Assembly: GCA_963514005.1 (NCBI GenBank)
Contig: OY740798.1
Location: 11,532,001 to 11,596,000 of the forward strand
Length of the DNA stretch: 64,000 bases
Direction: 5' to 3'
Source of the DNA: Raja brachyura
Lineage: Eukaryota
Shown: positions 39,001 to 49,093 of the stretch, piece after piece
Layout of the letters: each line of letters starts with the position of its first letter
Position numbering within the stretch: position 1 is the stretch's first letter
The notes under the pieces: generated by a model
Told to the model about the DNA's origin: nothing
Database searches by the model: none
Seen by the model: only the letters and a program-made list of their open reading frames with translations
Program-made: the position numbers and the translations under genes

Positions 39001-39950
39001 TGTAAAGTGTTCAGGAACCTATTTTTAAGAGTTATGATTTGGTGGTATACAAATTATTCTTTGGAGACGACATTAAAAAATGTGTTAGGATTTTAATACA
39101 CAATCAACCATGTTCATTTGACCCAGTGCTAAAATTCAACCTGAGACCTCATTAACGTGATTAATGTCACCGGTCAATGCTAACTCCAAGTTTAGTGCAC
39201 AATCAATGGGCCTGATTTCATGAATGGGTGACATTAAGTGAAGCTATCTCACACTGATTGAAAACGCCTGTTACAGGGGAATTGCTTTATGGCTGCAGCT
39301 GGTGTGCTAGTTATTTCAAGGGTTTAAGAGTTTGTTGGAAATTCAGCTGCAAAGCTTTGAGATTGATTGTCTAAGATAGTTGTTTAGGCCGAGGTTGATG
39401 AGGAGCTGAGAAAGGGAGAACCTTTTGTTTTTTATAGAATGTCATGATTTCCTTCAGGCAAATAGCCAAACATTAGTGAGAGGAAGCACCAAAGAAGGTC
39501 AATGTCAGGAGTCAAATTCCCAAGACATTGTTCAATGTCCAAAAAACTAGTGATCTCATGGGCATGGCCAAGGTTGGTGCACCGTCAATTATAGTAATAC
39601 AGATAGTGGAGGAATAAGCAACAGCGGAATGCTAAATGAAACTTTGGTAGTATTTTCCTATTTGTATTTTAATGAAGTAGAGATAATCTCTTGTTGGATG
39701 TAGTTATTATATTGCCACTTGTGTGGTACTGATGTTCCTGGCATTTTATTAGTATATAAGATACAAAGTGTGCATTAAAGGCAGGTTAGGCTATATTGTA
39801 GACATTCTGAAGTCCAACAGACACAAGCTTATTCTGTCCAACCCATCCACATAAGACAACCTGGCAATTCCAGGTATTAGAAAAATGAACATTCTCCAAA
39901 TTTCTTCTAATGTGTTCGGAGACAAATATCTGCATGATATTCCAGATGTA
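33030..39950. promoter_or_regulatory. TE-depleted intronic block with candidate conserved non-coding elements
   Basis: About 6.9 kb with no recognisable SINE, LINE or PLE in an otherwise repeat-dense window. TAAT/TGACA-rich segments at ~33940-34600 and ~39120-39300. Conservation cannot be shown from this sequence alone. Confidence 0.35.
35206..35372 (+). CDS. dcdc1: dcdc1 coding exon (VPLLDKCLQNSFTPLRGPVWVSKGEGFIPSGAKAYIQGIIWAINQKLKPAWNYSKQ)
   Basis: Acceptor gcttttttctacag| and donor CAG|gtgaga; 167 nt, phase 1 to 0. Matches long-form DCDC1 VPLLEKCLQNSITPLRGP.WVSKGEGF.PSGAK.YIQG. Confidence 0.95.
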
Positions 39951-39958
39951 GCCTTAAT

Positions 39959-40094
39959 CTTCTTCTTTCATATGGCGTGCACAGCCTAAATTTGTAAGAC
40001 AACCTGTTCTGTTTCATCTTCTGTTTGTGCACGCCAGGTTGATTGCATTCGTCGAAACAGGGTGGACCACGTGAAGGTTGCAATCTCTCACTCC
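39959..40094 (-). mobile_element. Second copy of the HDV-ribozyme short element (P1 partly decayed)
   Basis: Reverse complement reads GGAGTGA GA GATTGCA ACC TTCACGT GGT CCACCCT GT TTCGA CGAA TGCAATC ... tgtgcacgccatatgaaagaagaag. No unambiguous TSD. Confidence 0.85.
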
Positions 40095-40576
40095 TTATAA
40101 TACATAAGCATAACTTTAGTGGTATCCTGTTCCTTTTGTGCAGTTTATTCACTGATCCTCATATCTTGATTCGCTGAATGCTCAAAAATGTATTGTAGAG
40201 AAACACAAGGGTTTGCAATTCTTTCCTAAAAACCCCGACTCCTCATACAGTTGCTATGCCCAGAATGTATAGCTTCTCTGCCTTGATGTTCAGCATCCAC
40301 TGAGCTCTGCCTTCTTAGAATTTTGTATGTCACAATGAGATCACATTCTTCTAAACTTCAGTAAATTTAGGCCATTCTGCAATCTGTGCTCCTTGGCCTA
40401 CACCCTCATTCTAGTGATCTTTCTACTGAATCTACATTCCATTGACTCTGGGGAAAGTATCCTTCCTTTGGTGTGGAGGCCAAATCTCCCCACCAAATTT
40501 CTATTTTAATGTTGTTCAGATTTTACTGCATGCAAGCATGGTTTAATGCATTACCAAATACCTTTCTTCAGAAACG

Positions 40577-40832
40577 TCAGAGATTTGGCCTTTAGGACCA
40601 AAGGAATCAAGGGATATGGGGAAAAATCAGGAACGGGGTACTGATTTTGGATGATCAGCCATGATCATATTGAATCTGGCTCAAAGGGCCGAATGGCCTA
40701 CTCCTGCACCTATTTTCTATGGTTCTCTGTTTCTATCCACATTCTCCAGATATGATGCCTGACCTGCTGAGTTACTCCAGTATTTTGTGCCCTATTGTGC
40801 GTTAAGCAGCATCCACAGTTCTTTGTTTCTGC
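40577..40832 (+). mobile_element. CR1 3' tail (40577-40726) followed by a Penelope-derived terminus
   Basis: gatcagccatgatcatattgaat...gggccgaatggcctactcctgcacctattttctatg, then ctccagatatgatgcctgacctgctgagttactccag. Confidence 0.8.
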
Positions 40833-41379
40833 ATTACTAGAGGAGCTGCATGTTGAATTAAATACTTTGCAATCACACTTGAAGCTTTTGATTGATTGAA
40901 AGGTACAATATGGAAACAAGCCTTTCAGTGCTCTGAGTCCATGCTGACCATCGATCATCCATTGACATTAGTTCTGTGTTATTCCACTTTTGCATCCACT
41001 CCCTACCCACTAGGGGTAATTATCCTATAATCCCTCATGTATTCTGACTTTACAATGGAAGAACGGTCGTTGACATGTAAAGGAAGATTCTGCATAAATT
41101 AAAATGGATTTTGCAAGGGGAAATATTAATAAGATCTTGTTTTTCTCATTCAATGCAAGGTGTTGATTAATAAATATGCTAAGATCACACAAGATTCCCT
41201 TTTCCCTTTTGTAAAAGTTGTTTGTAAAATAGCTGAGGGTATTTAGACAAGTTTTACCAATATTACCTTTTATTTTAAATTGAATTCAAAATCACATGAC
41301 GATAGATGAACTTATACTTCAAGTTTACTAGTCCAGTAACATGATGGATCACTACAATTGATAGAAGTCATTACTTAAA

Positions 41380-41613
41380 GTGTAGGAAAGAACTGCAGAT
41401 GCTGGTTTAAATCAAAGGTAGACACAAAATGCTGGAGTAACTGAGCGAACCAGGCAGCATCTCTGGAGCGAAGGAATGGTTGGAGAGACGAAATGGGTGA
41501 CGTTTCGGGTCGAGACCCTTAAGAAAGGTCACCCATTTCCTCTCTCCAACCTGTTCCTTCGCTCTAGAGATGCTGCCTGACCGGCTGAGTTACTCCAGCA
41601 TTTTGCATCTACC
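41380..41613. mobile_element. Palindromic Penelope-derived mini-element
   Basis: 14-bp TSD agtcattacttaaa (41366-41379 and 41614-41627). Inverted arms aaatgctggagtaact...ggcagcatctctggagcgaaggaa / ttccttcgctctagagatgctgcc...agttactccagcatttt. Confidence 0.9.
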
Positions 41614-42587
41614 AGTCATTACTTAAATATTTGTTAAGGATAAAAATATGCCAATGTGTGAGGAAGCAAACAGTGGATGAGTCTGACGTTACTCCCCATG
41701 CCCCTGCATCCATAACCCACAATCACTCCCAATCTGATTTAAGTTCCTCTCCTGATTTGTTTAATCTTCAATCCAGGAAGCCAATGGAAGATACTTTGGC
41801 CTTGGATGTGTGCCCAGAAATAATAGGCTCTGCAAAGATGTATTCAATGTCTTGAGTGAGAGAGAGTGGAAGAAGAGTTGGTCTTCTGAATATTTCTGTT
41901 TGGTTTCTGTTGAATTTGGCCCTCAGTTTTCCATCGAAGCACTTTATAATCCCTCATACTTTTATAAGACCACTGATTATTTAGATCCATAAATCTTCCA
42001 CAGGAGAAAATAATATTAATACTGGTACTTTGTGGACATATGATTATAGCAACCAAATTAAAATAATATACAGTAGATATTTAAACACTATACTTTTCTT
42101 TTTAATTCGATTTTGCTTTTTTACTTTGGATAATGGTAATTTCTTTGCAAAAGATTTTTATTGCCCATGGCTAAAACATACTAACGAAAACAGATCACTT
42201 GGTTTAGGTTTAGAGTTGCTTGTGAAATTGAAAAAATAAATAACCATTCTAAAGTATCAGCATAACTTCATCAGGGTGACCTCTTCAGCAAATGACTGTT
42301 ACCCACTCTGCTGAGACTCAATCTTAAAGGCAGAATTACCAGGTGTCTACGTTGTGATCTGTCTAATAAAACTGAGGAAATGAATAACGGCGAGAATGCA
42401 TCATTGCAAAGACAAGGGGAGGCTTACAGAAAGATTGTTTAGTCAGCTTTATATATATATAATATAATGGTCACAAAATTGACATAATTAAACTGAGAAA
42501 CCTGCTTTAATTAAATATATCAAATGCATTCCTGCTGGGCAATTCTTGCTTGGTACTCGGATATTAGCACTGCCATCTAAATAATTT

Positions 42588-42862
42588 GGGGTGGCACAGC
42601 GGTAGAGTTGCCACCTTACAGCGCCAGAGACCCGGGTTGCTTTGTGTACGGAGTTTGTACGTTCTCTCTGTGACCTCATATGTTTTCTCTGGGTGCTCCA
42701 GTTTCCTCCCACATTCCAAAGACGTACAGGTTTATAGGTTAATTGGCTTCAGTAAGTTGTAAAATTCTCCCAGGTGTGTGTAGGGATTATCGCTGGTCAA
42801 CATGGAATCAGTGGGCCGAAGAGCCTGTTGCCAGACTGCATCTCCAAAGTCTAAAGTCTAAA
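42588..42862 (+). mobile_element. HE1-type SINE
   Basis: ggggtggcacagcggtagagttgcc...gagtttgtacgttctc...gggccgaagagcctgtt...aaagtctaaagtctaaa. Confidence 0.85.
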
Positions 42863-42891
42863 TCTGGATTTGTTGATGTTACACTACATAT

Positions 42892-44018
42892 CATACCTGC
42901 CAACTCATCAAATTTCTCGTATTTGTTCAGATTTTTAAGTTAAAAAAGTGTGAAAAATCGGACCAGCACGATTTTGAAATGAGGGGAAAAAAATGGCCAA
43001 TCAATTATTGTCTCTAAGGGGATTGCGTCCGATCACATAATGCGCTGGTCACTCAGCAGTCAATCGGACGCTGTCTCCGAGGGGCGTTGCAGCCAATCAC
43101 CGACCAGCTTCCCTTACTGAAGCAGAAGATGGTTGCCCCCAACACTTTGTCTCAGCTGTTTGTACACAGTGCTAGGCAAAGAGAAATTTCAGGTGTAGGT
43201 GTAGGAGTGTGTGTGGGGGGGGGGGAAGGGAGAGAGTGGGAGGGAGAGAGGAGGGGGAGAGAGGGTAGGGAGAAAGAGTGAGAGAGAGGGGGAGGGAGAG
43301 GGGGCAAGGAGAGAGAGAGGGGTTGAAGGGGTAGAAAGAGAGAGAGAAAGGGGGAGGGAGAGTGGGAAAGGGGGGATGAAGACGGGGAAAGGAGAGAGAG
43401 AGAGGGGTAAGGAGAGAGAGAGGGGTAAGGAGAGAGAGAGGGGTAGGGAGAGAGAGGGGAGGGAGAGAGAGAAGGGAAGAGGGGGGGAGGGAGGGAGAGG
43501 GGGAGAGAGAATGAGAGGGGGAGAGAGAATGAGAGGGGGAGAGAGAGAGAGATTCCTTATTTTCTTCCCTCCTTCCTTCCATCCAGACCCTTAATGTTTC
43601 CCCAGGTCACGGGGAAACATCGCTACCAAATGACTTTCAATGATAAACTTCTGGACAAATGCAAGAAAGCAGCTATGACATATAATACACAATAAACTGT
43701 ATTACCAATACACAATAAACAAGTTATGCCTTCTTGTACTCTTACATGGGTATGGCTTCACATTAAAAAAAAATTCAGCAAAATGGCACCACGTAAAAAT
43801 ACTGATTTCCTCAGCAAAATACTCATTTTCAGGTACTAGAATACTGAAATGCTCTGACAAAACTTGGCAGCTCTGAATATATCGTGATATCGGCAAACTA
43901 CTAAAAAAAACCTAAAAATCCAGGAGCTAAGGCGGGCCCTTGGACCCATAATGGCTCGCACTCTGTCAACCCGTGCACTCAGAGTAAGATTTTTCATTCT
44001 CAAATGTTGGCAGGTATG
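42892..44018. mobile_element. Non-autonomous DNA transposon (13-bp TIR CATACCTGCCAAC, 6-bp TSD ACATAT)
   Basis: catacctgccaac at 42892-42904 and gttggcaggtatg at 44006-44018. acatat at 42886-42891 and 44019-44024. No transposase ORF. Confidence 0.8.
43214..43552 (+). repeat. GA-rich polypurine low-complexity tract
   Basis: Almost pure G/A for ~340 bp, with sub-repeats aggagagagagaggggta (x3) and gggagagagaatgaga (x2). Confidence 0.95.
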
Positions 44019-44324
44019 ACATATGTACTTAAGTTCATGGCAGAAAATAGCTGTTATGGTGTCAGAGAAGTTAGGATCAACCCATCACCACTATCCAACC
44101 TTCTCCAGTCACATCAAGGTCAGCCAAATTTGAACCAAGTTTTCCCTAAAACAGTAAAATACATTTAAATCTCTGATTGCTATTTGCATTGCTGTTTAGC
44201 GATTAATGTGACTGCAAGATCAGTGCAGAAGTGTGTAATCAACGCTTTAGCTGCTAAATCTGGACTGTGACCAATCTCCATAGTTTCTATGATCTTAACT
44301 CCATATTACATTGATATAGGATCA

Positions 44325-44620
44325 CAGATTCATGCAGTGGAAACAGGCCCTTTGGCCCACTGAGTCCACACTGACCATCGATCACCCATTCACACTGGTT
44401 CTATGTTATCCCACTTTCTCATCCTGTCCCTACAAGTCAGGGGAAATTTACAGCAGCCAATTAACCTATAAATCTGCATGTCTTTGTGATGTGGGAGGAA
44501 CCCCAAGCAGTCACAGGGAAATTGAGCAAACCCCATACATACAGCACTCGAGGTCAGTATCAAACCCAGAACTCTCTGCGCTAAGAGGCAGCGACTCTAC
44601 CAGCTGCTCCACTGGGTTAC
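44325..44620 (-). mobile_element. HE1-type SINE
   Basis: gtggaaacaggccctttggcccactgagtccacactgaccatcgatcaccc...ctgcgctaagaggcagcgactctacc. Confidence 0.8.
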
Positions 44621-44991
44621 CGGCCCCTCCCTTGTTTTTTGGCATCAGACCAGAGGAAGTTTGGCTTTCGAGATGGTACAGTGTACATTCATCAGGATGA
44701 TGCAAGAGCGTAGCGTGTTAAATGGTGAGAGCAAAGACTTGGTTTGCATTTTGAGATCAGAAGGTTGAGTACTGAACTAATCAAGATATATAAAAATGTT
44801 CAAGGAATCATTCAGGCGGCACAGTGGCGCAGCGGTAGAGTTGCTGTCTTACAGCGCCAGAGACCTGGGTTCGATCCTGACTATGCGTGCTGTCTGTACA
44901 GAGTTTGTTTACCTGTGACCACGTGTGTTTTCCCCGGGTGCTCCAGTTTCCTCCCACATTCCAAAGACATACAGGTTTGTAGGTTAATTGG

Positions 44992-45044
44992 GGGGTGGGA
45001 GATTGCAACCTTCACGTGGTCCGCCCTGTTCGACGAATGCAATC
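44992..45044 (+). ncRNA. Predicted minimal HDV-like (CPEB3-like) self-cleaving ribozyme
   Basis: P1 GGGGUGG (44992-98) pairs with CCGCCCU (45021-27), with a G1-U wobble. P2 GAUUGCA (45001-07) pairs with UGCAAUC (45038-44). P3 ACC/GGU, L3 UUCACGU, J1/4 GU, vestigial P4 UCGA, J4/2 CGAA with putative catalytic C45034. Confidence 0.82.
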
Positions 45045-45132
45045 AACCTGGCGTACACAATCAAGTAACATCAAATAGAACAAGTTTGCCTACAACTTTA
45101 GGCTGTGCACGCCATACACAAGAAGAAGAAGA
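44992..45132 (+). mobile_element. 141-bp short non-autonomous retroelement with 5' HDV-like ribozyme and (AAG)n tail (possibly Vingi/ingi-derived)
   Basis: Flanked by an 11-bp TSD aggttaattgg (44981-44991 and 45133-45143) and inserted into an HE1 SINE. Ends ...gccatacacaagaagaagaaga. Two further copies occur in the window. Confidence 0.9.
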
Positions 45133-45472
45133 AGGTTAATTGGCTTTGGTAAGTTGTAAGAATGACCCTGGTGTGTAGGATAGTGTTATTCTACGGGGTG
45201 ATCGCTAGTCAGTGTGGACTCGGTGCGCCGAAGGGCCTGTTTCTGCGCTGTATCTCGGAAGTCTAAAGAATTTAACTGGAGAGATGCAGAACAGTGATTT
45301 GTTCTGGGGATAGTCCAACGTAAGAGTGTACGACCAATAAATTATTTTCAGCACATTTAGACGTGAGGGGGTCTAGGAAGTTTGACACTTGCTAGTCTTT
45401 AATTCAATGTTGATGAAGCAATTTAAAGTTTTATGATTCGGGTTATTATATTTTTAAGGGCCAAGGAAGTAA

Positions 45473-45559
45473 GACAAAAATGCTGGAGAAACTCAGCGGG
45501 TGAGGCAGCAACTATGGAGCGAAGGAAATAGGCAAAGTTTTGGGCCAAAACCCTGCTTT
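45473..45559 (-). mobile_element. Penelope-derived mini-element
   Basis: 11-bp TSD caaggaagtaa (45462-45472 and 45560-45570). Confidence 0.82.
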
Positions 45560-46885
45560 CAAGGAAGTAAAATGTGTTTTGGTTTATATCAGCCACAATC
45601 GAATAAAAAAATTGAAGGGTCTTAAAAGGGCTGAATCGCCTAGTCCTGTTTCTAATTTCCATGCTAATGGATCTCAGAGCAGTGAACTCTTCAATAACCT
45701 TTTACCAGTCAATATCTCTTTAAACTGCATGCCTCCCATTTGGGAGCAGAGAAGTCTGCATCTGTGTAATCAGGCAAACACTCTCCTACAACTAGTTAAT
45801 CCTTTATTAAGTAGAACTGAAGAGGGAATCTCCACTCTCCAAACATTTAAGTTTGGAAACAGCTTCATAGTGACCTCCTAACTTGAAGTATAATGCACTC
45901 TCACAGAGAGAAAGTAGGTTTCAGTAGTAATTGTGGTTCCCCACTTGAGTCCCATTGTTAACACCTCACTCATTATCATTATTCTTCCCTTCAGCTGAAT
46001 AGATAGGATATTTACTTATGAGTATGCCTAAAGAATTAAATGCTCCAATTAACTCTGGTTTTTGATGCAATTTGAATGTTTAAACTAAACTAGACATTAC
46101 TTTGAATCACAGCAAACATGTAATTTAACCTTACTTGCTTTAGTTACCCAAGCCTTTTATTTGTTCTTTGAACATGTGATATAAGAGAAGAAATAAACTA
46201 TACAACTTCTTAAGCCTACCACACCTTTCATTACGATGTACGAATGGATTTGTCTCTTCTTCTGTGCCTATTATCCTTGATTCTTCCATAACTCCTAAAT
46301 CTTTTGATTCAGTCCTGCTTGACTCAGCATATTGCACCTCTACAATCCCTTTATCAAACCAATTAAAGAATAAATTGACCTTGACGATGGTACACTGCAG
46401 ATTCATCAGGATGATGTAAGGGCATGTACAATTAAATGGCGAGGACAAGTCGCAAAAGTTTGGTTTTATTTCTTGACTTTAGAGCTTGAAGGCTGATCTA
46501 ACTGGAATATACAAAAATGATGGATTCATTTAGGAGGAAATTATAGGAGCTGAAAGTCTAACTGCTGTGGCTGTCCTGCAAGACAAACTGCCCCGTAAGC
46601 AATGGCAAGGTCTTGTGCCATATTGTCAAAGATCTTCCAATTGTTTCTAAATGTACCTGTTAAAGACATTTAAAAATAGGTGAGATAGATATAAATAATT
46701 GAAAATTAATGCTTAGAAATTAAAAGTAATTTCATTTAAAACTTACTTAAATGTAAAATTGATTAAACCATTAATATTAATTAAAATAAGGAAAGAAAAA
46801 TGGCATGAAGTTACTTTCTACATCCAGGTTGGTGACCCCATTTTAATGCAATGAGATCGCCAGGGCAAATAGCTTTTTTGCTCAA

Positions 46886-47182
46886 TAGTAGTGGCGCAGC
46901 AGTAGTGTTTCTGCCTTCCAGTGACCCGGGTTCAATCCTGACTACGAGTGCTGTCTGCATGGAGTTAGTATGTTCTCCCTGTGACCTGCGTGGGTTTTCT
47001 CCTGGATCTCCGGTTTCCACACTCCAAAAACGTACAGATTTGTAGGTTAATTTACTTGGTAAAATTGTAACTTGTCCCTAGTGTGTGTCGGATAGTGTAA
47101 GTATGCAGAGATTGCTGGTCGGCGCAGACTGTGTGTTAAAGGGCTTATTTCTGCTCTGTATCTCTAAATTAAACTAAACTTA
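46886..47182 (+). mobile_element. HE1-type SINE
   Basis: gtggcgcagcagtag...gacccgggttcaatcctgactacg...tatctctaaattaaactaaac. Confidence 0.85.
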
Positions 47183-47909
47183 ACTTTGATTCTATTTGTT
47201 TAAATAGGTGGGTTTCTCCATAAGAAATGATAGGCAAGGGCAAGTAGTCTTTTTTAATTTTAACAATTTTAATGTTTCTAAATCACTTTAAATTTTTCTG
47301 CTATTTAATCTATTTCAATAGCCTTTGAATGTTTCTGATGAGCTGTAATATATTATCAGGTGTTGGATCTCACACTGCAAAGCTGAAGCTTTCACAATGT
47401 ATGGAGCATGTTCTGCATTGAGGGAGGCCTCAGTTTGAGCTCTGCAGTGTGAGCTGTTTGCCCACTGTTGCAGCAACCACATCGACTCTGCATGCAGGTT
47501 GATGTTACTGTTGTGTGACCAGAGACCTCTGTTCCATGGTGCAAAGGCACACGGTTCAAGTTGGATATTGTACGCTACCTATGCTCAGAAGTGTCCAACT
47601 GTGGTCGGGCCGTTAATTTTCTCTGTAAATCGCCCCAGGTTTGCTGGTAGTGGATAACATAGAACTTGTGTGAATGGGTGATAAATGGTCGGCATGAACT
47701 TGGTAAGTCGTAGGGCCTGTTTCGATGCTGTATCTCTAAAATGTATAAATAAATAATATGGCACTTCAATTCGGTTGCGTACCATGTAAATGCTGTGATA
47801 GATTTTCAAGGCTTGGTATAAATGTCTCTTCCGATTCAGCGTAGCACCAGATCTCATAACTGGAATAAAGGTAATTTAAAAAAATAACGATCATGTGATA
47901 ATTATTGAG

Positions 47910-48290
47910 CAAGAAACAAAATGGCGGAGGAACTCAGTGGATCAGGCAGCATCTGTGGTGGAATGGACCGATGAGCATTTCTTGATTAATAAGAGTGTCA
48001 ACGGTTACTGGGAGAAGGTAGGAGAATGGGGTTGAGAGGGAAAGATAGATCAGCCACGATTGCATGGTGGAGTAAACATGATGGGTTAAATGGCCTACTT
48101 CTGCTCCTATGTCATGATCTTATGATGGCGTTTTGGGTTGGGGTCCTTCTTTAGACTCCTGAGACTTTAGCAGGATCCCTACCTGAAATACAGTCTGCCC
48201 ATTCCCTCCACTGATGTTACCTGAACCACTCAGTTCCTCCAGGTCACTATTTATTTATTTATTTCAGCATCAGTATTTCCTTGTGTCTCC
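47910..48290. mobile_element. Decayed palindromic Penelope-derived element with a CR1 tail inserted (~47978-48125)
   Basis: Inverted arms ggaggaactcagtggatcaggcagcatc / gatgttacctgaaccactcagttcctcc, with internal gatcagccacgattg...tggcctacttctgctcctat. Confidence 0.7.
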
Positions 48291-48377
48291 ATGTGATTAT
48301 TATTGGTCAGATAGTGAAACTGAAAGTCTACTGCTATCTCATTAAATACCCTAATTTTACCATCACCGTGTTCTAGA

Positions 48378-48905
48378 AATCTGAAATGAAAACAGACAAG
48401 GTTGGAAACCTCAACAGGTCAGAAGCATCATGGAAAGTGCAACAGTTAACATTTCGGCTCTGGAATCCTTCATCAGAAAATAAAAAAATATCAGTGTCAG
48501 AGTAGGTGGTAATAGGAAGGATAGAACAGAGGAATTATCTCTTCTAAGGTTACAAGCTCATTATTCTACTTATTGTGTGCAATCGTGGGGTTTGAGGACC
48601 ATGGATGGTGAGGTTGTGGGACATGCCCAGCAGGACAGTTGAAATGAATAGAAAAATAAAAATTGAATCAAAATGATGACAGTTCTAATGCAAATAGAAA
48701 GATAGAGTGAGTTCCCTAAAGTTGGAGAATTCGCTGTCAAGTCTGGGAGGCTGCAACATGCTAAAATTGAAGATGACTCTTTATTTCTCAAGCTTACATT
48801 GGATCACATTGTAACAGTGCAGGATGCTAGTGACAGAAAGGTCAGACTGGGATGGAGAATTATAGAGGTAAGCAAGTGAAAGCTCAGGATCACTCTTGCA
48901 GACTG
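48378..48905 (-). mobile_element. Decayed Penelope-like element 3' end
   Basis: aagtctgggagggctgcaac...caagcttacattgg...aacagtgcagg is the reverse of the PLE C-terminal region. Degenerate terminus at 48380-48478. Confidence 0.6.
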
Positions 48906-49093
48906 CCTTAGGTGCATGAAAAAGGTGATCCTTAATTGGAATTTTGTGTTTCAATAATATTTTTTGTAACGATTACCAACTTTGAAACCAAGATAATTCT
49001 ATGGGTGAAGGTTACTCATTCCTTGTAGTGTACACTACATTTGGATCATTATAACGAGCCAAATGGGTACAGATTATGTTGCCATATCCAAGC

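Larger units (their letters stand above)
44815..45267 (+). mobile_element. HE1-type SINE with A/B boxes, interrupted by the HDV element
   Basis: A box tggcgcagcgg (44825-44835), B box ggttcgatcc (44868-44877), V-domain-like core, CR1-like tail gaagggcctgtttctgcgctgtatctc. Confidence 0.9.

Noticed and set aside
43172-43594. ORFs of 127-136 aa (E/R/G-rich and L/S/P-rich)
   Set aside because: Translations of the GA low-complexity tract; no splice or codon support.
44815-44885. tRNA gene
   Set aside because: The A/B boxes belong to the tRNA-derived head of an HE1 SINE and continue into the SINE body; no full cloverleaf.
46140-46448. 102-aa minus-strand ORF
   Set aside because: No recognisable homology or exon boundaries.
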